From Octopus sinensis (Eukaryota), in NCBI RefSeq assembly GCF_006345805.1, contig NC_043009.1, positions 16,802,001 to 16,866,000 on the forward strand: DNA of 64,000 nt, in the 5' to 3' direction. The notes below the pieces were generated by a model that saw nothing but the letters and a program-made list of their open reading frames with translations, ran no database searches and had not been told where the DNA came from. Position 1 is the stretch's first letter; each line of letters starts with the position of its first letter. The position numbers and the translations under genes are program-made. This document shows positions 39,501-53,362 of this stretch, piece after piece.

Positions 39501-42500
39501 GGACTTAGTGATCATGAACACATCTTCCCAGAAATCCTAACAATACAATCATCATCATCATCATCATTTACTGTTTGTTTTCCATGCTGGCATGGGTTGG
39601 ATGGTTTGGCAGGAGCTGGCAAGGCTGGGAGCTGTACCAGATTCCATTGTCTGTTTTGGCATGGTTCCTACAGCTGGATGCCCTTCCTAATGCCAACCAC
39701 TTTACAGAGTGTACTGGGTGCTTTTTACGTGACACCAGCACTGGTGATTTTTTCATAGCATAAATAACAGTGCTTTTTATATGGCAACATAAAAAACAGG
39801 GTCACCAAGTACCTTGCAAGACAAAAAAAGATGAAAAAGGTAAACACCTCTCAAATGAGAAGGAGGGAGTAGTATTGAGGTGGGGTGGATTTGTGCCAGT
39901 TGAAAGTTTAAAAGTATAGAGGGACAGAAATAGGGATCTTGTTGTACCTACATTGATACCCCAGTTGGAAAGTAAGGGAGAATAAGTAAGAAAGCAATAT
40001 AAGACAAGATGATGGTGAAGATGAGTCAAGAATGCTCTCAAGGTTCGTTGGGGGTGGTAAGAATAAGTGAGGTGATACAAAGGTTTGGAGTGGGTGAGTG
40101 GGCAGGATAGCCGTGACTCACAAATGACAGAGAAATTGAGGAGAGGTTTTGGGGCAGGGTTGCAATAGATATGTGAGGGCATTGAGGATAATAGCAGATA
40201 AGCAAGATGTTAACGATGAAGAACACAGTATAACAGGGAGAAGGCACAGAAAGGAAGTGAGACAGTAGGTGAGGGAAGATTTTGGGAAATGGAAGTGGGT
40301 TCGGGGTGGGAAGAAAGGCAACTGAGAGAGTTGGGGGATGTAGTATGTACCTATTCTGCTCTCAGGTGATAGAGCAGTGATGAATGTTAGGGCATGAAAT
40401 GTTAAGGAAAAGGCTGACAGGTCAGAGAGGGTCCCTTGAGAGCATTCCTGACTCATCTTCACCATCATCTCTTCTTATATTGCTTTCTAACTTATTCTCC
40501 CTTACTATCCAACTGGGGTATCAATGTAGGTACAACAAGATGAGAATTTCCAAGGTGCTTTTAGGATATCAATTCTGCTGTGGGTGGTACCAGTTATCTC
40601 AGATTTTATCATGACCTTTTGTAAGACCCAGTGAGATCAGCTTTTAGCACTTTGTCCCTTATCTTTCTGGGTCTCCCTCTTGCAAAATTCCCTCCACTTT
40701 CTGGGTCTCCCTCTTGCAAAATTCCCTCCACTTTAACTAATCAGTACTTCTTTATACAACTGTTTTCAACCATCACAGATCCAAATCAGTGCAGCCTCGT
40801 CTTTTGCACACTGCACTGATTTCTTCTCAATTTAACTCTTCTCTCAATACACCAGCACTCAGTGGTACATGTACACTGACATTGCACATCTAGTGGAGCG
40901 TACTAGCTTCATTCCTCTCTAGTCTTTGCATGTCCTCTACATTCAGGGTACAACATAAATAAAAAGATGTCCGTAATGAAGAATCAAACTGAAGTTCCTC
41001 TCTCCATGGTCTTACTTCATGTTCCCTCATTCTTTTATTTTTAAAGTTGAATGATGCAGGTTTCATGCCTGCTTCTTACTATGATGCCTCATTGAATGGC
41101 AGTCAACCAAATTCTCCAACATTCAAGAAATCCGAAAGCCAAAAGACAATGTCCAGCATCATTGACCTTCAGAGCTCCTCAAGATCACGAGAAGCAAGTG
41201 TGGCTGGCTCTGAGTATTCTTTTGATAGAATAATGCGTTATGAAGCAGAGAGTCCTGATGAACTAGCTCTTGTGAGAGCTGCCAAGAGCTATGGGTGTCA
41301 ACTTCGAAAGAGATCCAAGGATTTTGTTAAGGTTTTTCTACCAGGTAAGATTGAAGTTTTTCTGAGTACATGTAGTTAGAATTAAGTCTTATTTATTAGT
41401 ATTAATGCTAATTAGTCATAATTTATTATAGGAATTTACCACGTACTTAAGTTCACATCAATACGAGATAATCTCATATTAACAATGCAAGCTAATGAAA
41501 CCTCTCATTAGTTATATAGTATCTCTACTATTTAAAAGGTTGAACTTTACAGTTGGGTAGACTTTTATACTGGCTTACTGAGACTCAAGCATCTTTAAGG
41601 GAGACTCAGAACAACACAAGTGATGTTTCAATCTGTTGAACTTGAAGGGTTAGATTGATTTGCAAATTCAATCATTTGTCCTCAACCAGGAAAACAAATG
41701 CTGCTTTTTTTCATATCTATGCGAAATTACTACCACTGCCACCTCGACCACTACAATGACACTGCAAGCACACTAGATCACTCCCATACTATATGTACAC
41801 TAAATTAGCTCCAGCAGCACACTACCTATTGTACATTCCCTTCACCAACTACATTTTTTGGTCTTTTATCTGCAGCACAACTACATCAAATCTACATTAC
41901 CATGTCTACCATCAAAACACACCCACACTGTGACCACCACGGCAGTATACTTCAGCATTACTTCAAATACCACTCACTTGTCACTCCTCACCATGCTAAT
42001 CTCTACCAACAGCCACAACATTTCCTAAGAACCACTACCACAATCCATTAATGCCTACCACCACAGCCCACTAATAGATGTTTGCTTTCAATTAAATCTC
42101 CCTCCTTCCTCATCTCACCAATGATAACAAGTCTCTGGACACTTGTAAACCTGACAGTATTACATGTTTTGTCTCATGTTAGGCTGGTGATGTAGTGGTG
42201 CGGTGTGGTGTGGTGTGGTGGTGGTACAATGATGCAAAACATTGCTTAGTGAAGTCAGTGGTTAAGATAAGACTTTTATTCTATTTTATTTTCAAAAGCT
42301 GTGGAGGATTGACGATTACATGTCTATAGATTGGATAGAGATTCAAAATGGAATACTGAAAGTTGTATATTGTCAGGTGCTTTGTAGCTGAAAAGACTTT
42401 TCATTCAAGCGATATTGTTAACATGGAATATAAATGGTTTCAGCCTTTGGCATTTAGATTGCTCTGTCAAATGCAATTTCTTATATTATTTACATTGTTT

Positions 42501-45500
42501 TGAATTAATCATGCATTATCTTGTAACCTCAATATTTAAATGATATGGCTGTATATCTTTTGAATGACATTGTAGGGAAGGTATGAGAGGCCTGATCCGG
42601 CTGGTTTGAACATAAAACAGGTAGAATATTTCAGCCAGATTATTGCCAGCTTAAATGCTAAGGGGCTAAAGTTTGATTTGTATTACACATGTCACAGGTT
42701 CTATTCTATCTGTTGCTTGATATCATCTGAAGTTTTCAACCTTCTTCATCTTTATCTGTGGCAATTATGTTTTTGTTAGCCTTACAACTACTGCCACCAA
42801 AGTTACTCTCCTCACTATCACCACAATTACCATCATCATCATTATATATAGCTTAACATGACTATGGATGATCAGGATGCTACAGTATAACTACAGTATT
42901 ATCAGAACACTGTAATTTAAACATGACGTTAACCATTCTGTTTTATTTAGTAACCATATTTCCAGATCTTCTTTGAAATTCATTTGCTTCCAATTGCCTA
43001 TCTATACCTATCTCTTAGTTGTTCTGTACCACATGTTCTCACTAAGTATTTTCTTTGAGCTATTGACTTGTAACTGTTCAAAAGGAACATTACTGATATT
43101 GATTTCATCTTCTATGGAAGGGCTGCAAAGGCCATGGACACAATTTCCTTTTGCCAGAGGAATTTCTTTTAAAAAAAACTGTTAGATTTAGGGAATCAAA
43201 GCTCTAGATTAGGGTGTTGATATTTATGGATATGTTATTATGTGTTTTGTGTGTGTGTGTATACAAAGGAGAAAAAGAGATTAAAAATCCAGGCAAATAC
43301 TTTCTTAGCACACCTTTGAGATCAAACTCGGTCAACTAAATTGTTGAGTGAAAGCCATTGTAATCCATGAGTTACTTTCCATTTGTCTATCTAGTTTGTA
43401 AATTTGAGATTCAGACACCAAATAAATTTTGTAATATGGTCACATGGTATTGTAGAAAAATTACAAAAGAACAGAGAATTATACATTCTTTAATCAGCTT
43501 ATGCACATTTTGAATAGATTGTTATATTCCAAATTCTGCAACTCAGAAATCACACATATTGATTAATCCCATATTTGGTCAACTATGATTCTGGAGAAGG
43601 ACATCATGCTCGGAATGGTCAGTGGCAAGAGAGGAAGAGGCTGACCAAGAACCCGCTGGCTTGACACCATCAAGAGTGATACCGGAATGGACATAGCCAA
43701 TCTGAAAGAAGCGGCCCAGGATAGAACTGACTGGAGGACACTGATCCAACGAGTGACCGAGAGTCAACTTCGACTGAGTGGATAGAGAGATTGGGAGATG
43801 ATTCTACAGAGATAGAGAAATTTAACACCATCCATTTCTTAGCAAAGCTATACCACACTGCTAAGAATGGAGAACATTTTAAAGGCGATAGATAATTACT
43901 AAAAGTAGCAATATTTGGCCAGTATTAAGGGTAGGTAACTTTTCAGCAGACCTACTTGGGGATTGTATTTATCAGATCAAGATAAAATTCTAATATGATA
44001 TTTAGTTTCTTTATTCCCACTCAGCAACTTGAAGAATATTTAGGGTAAAATTCCTACCCCATTTAAAATATTACTGACCAGTTCAAATACTAAAATAATT
44101 TACAATTATTTTAATTTTCAAAATATGACTAAGGTAAATCAAGATGATGAAATAAAATGGAAAAAATAAGTTAAAAAATAAATTATATGTATATAGAGAA
44201 TAGTTTTTCTTTTAACCCTTTAGTATTTAAACCGGCCATATCTGGCCAAAATAGTTAATCTGTTTTATGTTCAAACTGACCAGATCCAGGCTCTCGCACC
44301 TACCCTACAATGTTATTCTACATTAAGTAATTACACCATCAAGATCTTGAAGATATGAGATAATGCATGATTAATTCAAATCAATGGGAATCAATAGGCA
44401 TTATGTTTGATTGAATAATCTGAACACTAAAGGGTTAAAGATGTTCTATTCAGGACATGGTTGTGTTCAAGGTTAATCTTCTTTATTAACAATTCATTGA
44501 GTGTCTTTATTAATCCTTTTTATTTATTCATTTTTTATACATTTGAAATAAAAACATTCCTAAACCCATTAGCATTTCAGAACATTCTTGCTACATATTC
44601 TGCATGTCATCTTCTTTATTTGATGTTCCCTTTTCCATGCTGGCATGGAAAAGGACTAAATGACCCAAGAGAGAAGGCGTGGTAGTTAGAAGGATAGAAG
44701 AAAGAAAGAGAGAGAGAGAGAAAGAAACTACACTTTGTTTCAATATACCAACCTTACAATGGTCTCTAAACTTAGAAGTTTAGAGACATCTAACATAAGT
44801 TTCTAGACATACAATATTTGGTTTAAGGCTATGCAACTATGTGAGTGTGGATATGGAAAAGTTACTTGTCTCTTAGGCAAATAACTTTTCCATATCCACA
44901 CTCACATAGGTATTCAAGTATTCTTCCCATTCACTATAAACTATTCTCAAACATTAGCCATTCTCATTTATTTTCTCCTCCCCCCTCACTCTGTATTCCT
45001 TCCACCACTCCCACAACAATTTTCGATTCTTTAAACTTCTTGACTGTGTGCTGCTTATCTGTTTAAATAACTCAATAGTTCAAACTGAACAATAAACATA
45101 TTTACCTCCCCCTCTCTATGTCACATGTTATCACAACCTGAGAAGGCTGTAGAAACTTCCTCCACTTCATAGTCTAACTCATAGCAAAAATGTACATAAA
45201 TGACCATAGGTACAACTGTATGGTTAACTAGTTCTCTTAGTAAAATACATGGTTTGAGTTTCTTTCTCAGTGTGTGGCACTTTTGGCAAGTCTTTTCTCT
45301 CATAGTCTGGGCATAGCAATTTGGTACATAGGAACTATACAAGGGGTTCTGAAAAGTTCCTGGTTTAAAGTGTACCCTGAAAGCCTGGTTGGAAGCCCAA
45401 CCTTCTTGAGTTCTTTTACAGGGCTTAGAAAAACTGAAGAATTGCTGCAATAAGTGTGTGAATCTGAGAGGGGAATATGTTGAATAAAATCACAATTAAC

Positions 45501-48500
45501 TGATCCTCCTGTATTTTCTTTTAGCTAAAGTCAGGAACTTTTCAACACCCCCTGTATGGAATTTTACCAGAGGGACTTTTTCTGTTGTTTAGACTTAAAT
45601 ATCATTCAGTTTAGCACCATCATCTCTGATCCTTAGGCATTTTTAGCATTGTACAGACTCATGCAAGCACATATTGGCAACTCAACAAATCTTTAAAATT
45701 AATAACAATCTTTTATCAAATTAAAATCCTCACAACACCTAAAGCCTTTGCTAAATTCCGAAAAACTGCAATTCTTGTGTTCTGGTTAGGTCAGGGTGAT
45801 GTCACATTGAAGATCCTACATGTTTTACCATTTGATTCCTGCCGCAAGAGAATGTCTGTGATAGTGGAACATCCAATCAGTGGTGAGATTATCTTATACA
45901 GTAAGGGAGCTGATTGTTCAATCCTGGAGCGTTTAAATTCTACCTATTATGGTTAGTTCATTTTACTTTACTTCGTTATTATTTTGTTGTCTTCTGTGTT
46001 GGTGTTGTTGTTGTATCTGCGTGTGCATATTATGAACACAAGTCTCTATATTTAATTGCGACCATATGTTTATGCTAGTGCTGTCATTTATATGTTATTC
46101 CAAATACTTATAAATATTCACGTTGCTAAATATTTATATCTAGAACATCTTCAGTTCTAATCTGCTTATTGGTAATATCTGTTGGAAATTACATGGGTCC
46201 TATGCACAACAGGAATATCTGCAATCTTAAATGTACACAATGGCAATATTTATGGTACAGTTGAATGTTGGTACCCTTAAATATGTATTCAGAATATTTG
46301 TTTCTTTAAACATGTTCATTCACAGTGTTGTTCTAAATATATGTAAAACCCTTTGTGTCTTCATCACATGATTTAAGCAATACACTGTAAGTTCCTAATG
46401 ATTAACAAATATCATCATCTCAGCTACAGAGGAGTCTGAAGCCGTGAAGATTCTACGGAACACTTCCGACCACATCATCCAGTATGCTCTTCAGGGTCTG
46501 AGGACATTGTGTATGGCAAAACGGGTAAGTTCTATCTTTTTCTTCAACATATTTTTCAGTCTTTTCTAATCCATCCTGCACTGCTTGTATTTGGGAAATA
46601 AGTGAGCTAGCCATGCCTGGAATGTCTTTGATGAGAAGTCTGCTGAAGTGGTTAAAATACTTCTATCCTTCCTTGTACTATAATTGTTCTCATCAGATCA
46701 GTACTTTATACTGAGCTATACTGGTTAAAATATTCCTATCCCAGTACTGTATCATAACAGAATTGATGAAAATGGCTCCTTCAAAGGACCGCATGATCAT
46801 TCATACATTATTAAACTGTCAATTGTCTAGTTTTTTAAGTGTTCCTTGCAACTGGTAAATTATATATTGCTCCACATTTTCCTCTTAAATGAAGAAGGGC
46901 AGTGTCCAAGACTCTTTACAAGAACTCTGAGATTGATGGGTGGAAGTTATCCTCAGGCAGAAGACCTGGTCAAATGCTGTCAACTGGGTGAACTCTGCTA
47001 AGGGCATTCAAGAGCAAGGTGTTGGTGTTTGATTGGGCTGTGAGATAAGTCTATCACCCAAGAATATGAACATCTACCAAATTTCTCTCCAAAGCTTTTG
47101 TTGATCATTATCTATGCTAGAAGATACTTATCTGGAATGCTGCATATTGAGATAGAGCCCAAACGATGTGATTGCAGAGCAAACTTCTTAACAACACAGT
47201 ACACCCATTTCTTTTACAATGTTTAAACTTCATGATTTCCTGCTAAACAGTTGACTTTATCATTATCTTGAAAACTGAACATTAATCCAACTAACTTCAC
47301 CCAGATGTTTCTGTCCACTTTTTCTAGAACTTCCTTTGAAAGCAGTGGACACTGCCCCACTTCCTCCTCAGACAGCAATATCAATATTATTTCCATATGT
47401 ATCCTTATTTTCCTCATGACTTATTCAGTGTCTGTCTTTATACAATGTTCCAGGTTATTGGTAGAGCAGAGTATGAAACATGGCAACAGTCACATAATGT
47501 TGCACAGGCAGCTCTTGAAAACAAGGATGAGCTTTTGAAGAACTCAGCAGATGATATTGAAAAAGATTTTGAGCTTCTAGGTATGTAGCAATTTATTCAG
47601 GTTTGAAAAAGAAGTTGAACCTGGCCTAACTTAAAACATGCAACACAAACATTTAAAGCAAAGAACTGTTGCTCAGAAGATGACATCACACAAGTATCCA
47701 GGACATTTTTCAAAAAGAGACAACCTCTCGCCCAAATACTTTATATCCCTTCTCTTTATTACTATTACTTTTTAGTTCTGGTTGACCTCATGCCACTTTC
47801 ACTCAAACACTTCCGATTCATTGTCTCTCTTCTAATTCCATGTATTACATTCAACATCTCTTATTTTCAGTCATTTTCATCAGAATGCAAACTCTCTGGA
47901 TTCCCTTCACTGCACATGTGTTTTTCTTTCTTCTTTTTTCTTTGTGAGTGTCACCTTGCAACTGTTTAAAACAAACATTAACTACATCAATCTTACTTGT
48001 TCCTTTCTCCAGACCAAACCAATAACAATTTTTCAAAATTTATTATAATTTTTGTTTTGGCTTATAGAACACAAGTTCAGACTAATTCTAAGTCTTTTAA
48101 TGTGTCTCTTTATTCCATGAGTTTCAGTTTACCTCACTATCAAAATTAGGTACCAGTACTTAAGTAAACATTTATTTTTTATTAACTTACAATCTAGCCA
48201 AAAAATTCTGATGTCTCTGCTTAGGACTCCACAGAAACTAAAAAGATGCAGTTGTTTAGTGGCTCATGAGGCTCTTGAAAGATTTAGTTTCCCTTTCATG
48301 GTCAAATAGCAGAAGAATAATTTGCAAAAACTGAATAATAATGATAAATTCAGTTTGGAATAAGATATTTTAATAGTAATTTGAGTCTTAGTAATGAAAA
48401 CATGAGCTCTTGAAGTTCAATGATCGAATCACTGACCATACATATCCTTGATGATTTCATAGTTTGAGAAGACACTCTATCAGATTCCTTGTGGGAAAAG

Positions 48501-51500
48501 AGGTACCAGTTTGATTGAAAGATATTAGCTCACACTTGTAATCAGTCATCTGTAATGAAACATTTTTTTCAACATTGCAGGTGCAACTGGCATTGAAGAT
48601 ACACTGCAAGATGGAGTTCCTGACACAGTTGCCACTCTTCGAAAAGCAGGGATCAAAATTTGGGTGCTCACTGGTGATAAACAGGTTTGTTTTGTTTCTA
48701 CTTAAATTCCCAGTCATGGAACTGAATAAAATCAAATTAGTACTTTTAGAGATTGTATTTGTTGTTGCATAACCTCAAATTAGCCTTAACATGGTCAATG
48801 TTGTTCGATGCTGGACGATGTAAACCTTTGCAGTGATTGAGAGTTATGCCTAATTCAGATACCTTAATGTGCTGCATACATAGTCTAAGACTATAATGAA
48901 AAGGAAAGGAGCTAAGCTGACCCCTTGGAGAGCTCCTGTGTTGACTGCAAATGTGTTAGTGTCTTTCCATCAGGGATGAATACAAAACTTTTGTTGCCTG
49001 CATAGAGAGAGTAAATAGTATTTACAATTTCATTTGGTATGTCATAGGCAGAGATAGTCTAAAACATTCGCTCACAATGAACAAAGTCGAATGTTTTGGT
49101 GAAATCCACAAATATGGCACACAAAGACGTATCTTTCTTTGCTAAGATGGTTTCAATGAGTTGGTGATATGTTCAAATAGGTTTATGGTGGAGCAGCCTT
49201 TGTGAAAGCCATTGTAGTTTGCTTCAAGTTGTGTTTTGATAGGGTCTAAGATACTATTGAACTTGATATGGTTGAAGAGTTTTGGTTGAGCATAACATCA
49301 GGCTAATTGTATGATACAAGCCATGTGCTGACAGATCTCTCTTTTCCATGTTATTTGGCATCATACCTCACTGACCTTGACTTTGCAGATGACATTGCAC
49401 TCATCTCAAGCACAATCACAAATGTTCAAACTCTCCTCACAAACTTGGTGTTGGTTGCCATTGAAGTTGGTCTCTCAATAAATCACTTGAAGACAAAGAC
49501 CATAATCATTATGTGGGTGATTTTTCATTGGGTCCCCTTAAATCAGTTGCCAGTTTCTGTTACTTGGGCTCTCATATTCACTCTGCAAGCAGAGATATTA
49601 AAATTTGTTAAGTGATGACATGGTCAGCTTTTAGCAAGCTCTGGAAAATTTGGATAACACCACAACAGTCATGTGACCTAAATCTACGAGGTTAACTATG
49701 AAGGAGTGATGCTAGAGCTGTGAAATCTTGCATACATTAATTTCAACCCTTCTTATTATGTAAACTGACATCTGACTATTCAAAGAAGACAAAGACTTCA
49801 AAAGTAACTAGTTGCAACTTCTCTTGAAAATCAACAAGATTTGGCATCATGGTGTCATCAAGTATCTCTAGAAAGATGGTCTAGCCTCCAAAGACATTTG
49901 TGCTCATGTGGTTGCTACATTAGGGGATGATACTCCAGCTTTATCAAGGGCATTTGAATTTAGGAGGGGAAGGGAAAGTGTTGAAGATAACCCAAAGTTT
50001 GGATATCTTGCAATTGTTACCTCTGAGGAAAACGTTGATTGTGCTCACCACATGATGATAGATCACAGGCGATTGACTATAAATCAAAGAGCCAATGCTA
50101 TTAGCATATTCCATGAGAGAGTTGAGAATATTATGCACAATGAATGTGGCACGATGAAGGTTTCTGCTCAGTAAATACAATGTCTTCTGACACTTGATCA
50201 AAAGTGCACCAGGCTGATCAGATCACGGGGAAATCAGCTGGGGTTTTTTAATGTTACCTAATCATAGAGGAGTGTTGTCTTTATCATTTTGAACCAGAGA
50301 CAATCCATTGCAGTGGAAACACCACTCTTTACTTACTCCAAAAATGGTCAAGGCCATTTCATTTATAGAGTAAGTGATGGCCTCAGTCTTTTGGGATGCA
50401 AAAGACATTGTGTTTATTGACTATTTTCAAAGGGGCCACACCATCACTGGAGAGAATTATGCCAACTTGCTGGGGCAGGTATGAAAAGCTATCAAAATCA
50501 AATGCCCAGGAAAACTGATGAAAGGGGTTCTGTTTCATCAGAACTCCAGCACAATGGTTGCTGTGCAGGACTGGCTTTGAACTGGTTGATAGCTGTCCCT
50601 ATTCTTCTGATTTGGGCTCCCATCTGACTATCATCTGTTCCCCAACATGTAAAAGCACTTGGCTGGGAACCAGTATCACAGTGATGATGTCATCGTATCT
50701 GCTGTTGATGACTATTTTTGACCAACAGATGAAAGCTTCTTCACCAATGGAATCCGAGAACTGCAATACCATTGGAAGAAGGGTGTGGACTGCAGCTCAC
50801 TTCTTCCATTGGTATTGAAAAATAAACCTCATGAGAATAGTTTGGTCAGTCTATGAAGTTTTCAGCCAACCTTCATACACCTGTGTCATGTATCAGTAGA
50901 ATCTATTCTGCTCTACAGCCCTGAATGCTCATCTCTTACAGTAGCCCAACAGTGATCACTAGATGGCACATACACTCAGTCACTATGCAAGGCCTTTCAC
51001 ATCTCTTTTGCCAACCATATATCAAACAAGTCACTACATGAATCTTTACTCTCTGTCAGCCAGACAACCAAACAATGACAGCTAAAATTTGCTGGCTACT
51101 CTTTACATTAACCCTTTCGTTACCAACCCAGATGAAACTGGCTCTGACTCTGTAATACAAATGTCTTGTTTTCATAGGTTTTGAATTAGAATCTTCCACC
51201 AAACCTTAGTCACAATATATGTTCCTAACACTAGCTTAATGATAACTAAGTTAGTTTACTAAATTCTTTGTTATATTTATAATAACTGAAGGAAATACAG
51301 AGCATCTCAAAATAAATATGGTAATGAAAGGGTTAAATAGATCAACTTTATCACTACACTTTTTTCTATAATTCCAAGGGGATGTTCAAGCTTGGTGATC
51401 AGGTGTGATCTCCTGCCGGACAAAGCACTGTGCACTGTCTCACAGCTGGCATGTGCAATGTCGCTTATACAGCCTGGAAGGAAATTTGCTCATGAGTCGG

Positions 51501-52533
51501 AGTCGACATCCACAAATGATGTGGTTTAGATCTAAAGAAATCAGCCTTTATTGAGCAGGCTTGTGATCAAAGGTAATCTAACTGTGATTACCCTATCTTA
51601 TTTTAAAGGTGTACAAGATTGCATTGTATAATGTGTTCTTTCCTTATCTAAGACAAAAGGGTATGATTTGAGGAGTTTTGACTACTATTTCTAACAAATC
51701 AAGTGACTATAGAAGCTCTCGCTGTGGCATGGAGTTCAGACAGAGTTCTAAAGCAGTGAAGAACACATGACATTAAGTGTACATCTACCAATTATTCTCC
51801 CTATTACCATTATGTTCACCCTCCTCCTTACACTTATATGTGACAGTTCTGTAATTTGTTAAGTAGGCCTGCACAACCCTCTCCGCAATAGCATTAGGAT
51901 CTGCTAATGAAACTACTATCAGAGATGGTACCATCCTAATCTATACAGTTGATCTACTCCTCTAAAGTAGGGACTGGGTACAGAAAAAAAGTCATCAAGT
52001 TCTTTCTGTATAGGCAGCTGATCTCTATAGTAGAGGTTATTTCTATACAGGTTACTGATAAACCTTTGATAATCATAATTTTGTTATTTATATTCAACCC
52101 AACTTCTTATTCTTTTGCTTCAGGAAACAGCAGTGCAGGTTGCTTATTCTACAAAACTGTTCTCAACCAATCAGGAGGTTCTCTATTTGACTTGTTCTGA
52201 CACGGTATGTTGACTAGTCTTTATGTTGTTATCTTTTATTTGTTTCACTCATTACTCTGTGGCCATGCTGGGGCACCGCCTTCAAAAACTTTTGGTCGAA
52301 TGAATTGACCCTAGCACTTACTTTTTGATAACCCTGGTCGTTATTCTATCAGTCTCTTTTGGCTGAAAAACTACATTACAGGAACGTGAACACACGTTGA
52401 CAAGTGGTGATAGAGAACAAACACTGACACACACACACACATACACACATTTATATATATATATATATATATCATTGTTTAACATCCTCCTTCCATGCTG
52501 GCATGGGTTAGATGGTTTAACAGGTGCTGGTCC

Positions 52534-52566
<33 letters not shown>

Positions 52567-53330
52567 TATCTGTGTGTGTGTATGTCTTTGTGTCTTAAAC
52601 TAACCTCATAGACCAGCCATAATTATCGTTATCTAATTACTCTACTCATTCTATAACTTAGAGTGTGCTTCACTTTCGGATTTATGATTTACTGATGATA
52701 TATATATGACAGGCTTCTTTCAGTTTCCTTCTCCCAAATCCACCAACAAAGCTTTGACCCGAGGCTATAGTTGAAGACACTTGCCCAAAGTGCCACACAG
52801 TGGGACTGAACTTGGAACCATGCAGTTGGAAAGCAAGCATCTTACCACACTGCCACACCTCTACCCGTTATTAGATATGTTATTTATGTTGTTGCTTTTC
52901 CATTATTCTATGAAGATAGTTCCCTAGACTGTATAATGTTTGGCTTTATGTCTTCTGTTAGACTCTTTATAGACACATGGGGTAACACGGAAGACACTAC
53001 TGTGGGTGTTAGTAATCTCATTTTGTTATAAACACACAAATTACTGAGAAAGGTGACATTGTTTACTTAGGATATTCTGACAGATGGACAAATATATTTT
53101 TACAAATGTTAACATTTAAATAAAAAGTAAATGACAAAATTAATTATCAAATTAAATCTGATTAACATTTTTTAAGAATATATGTATAAAAGTACGTACA
53201 CACACATACACATGTATCTATGTATGTATGTGTACACATGCACATGTGTATGAGTGTATGTATATATGCATGTATGTGTATGTATATATGTATGTATTTA
53301 CTTATGTATAAATGTATATGTATATATAAA

Positions 53331-53362
<32 letters not shown>

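Larger units (their letters stand above)
48790..51500 (+). mobile_element. old RTE LINE with an inverted 5' part, interrupted by a mariner and a MITE
   Basis: Minus strand 48790..49200: [29 protein letters not shown]. Plus strand 49340..49684: [23 protein letters not shown]. Plus strand 50878..51110: [20 protein letters not shown]. Confidence 0.8.
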
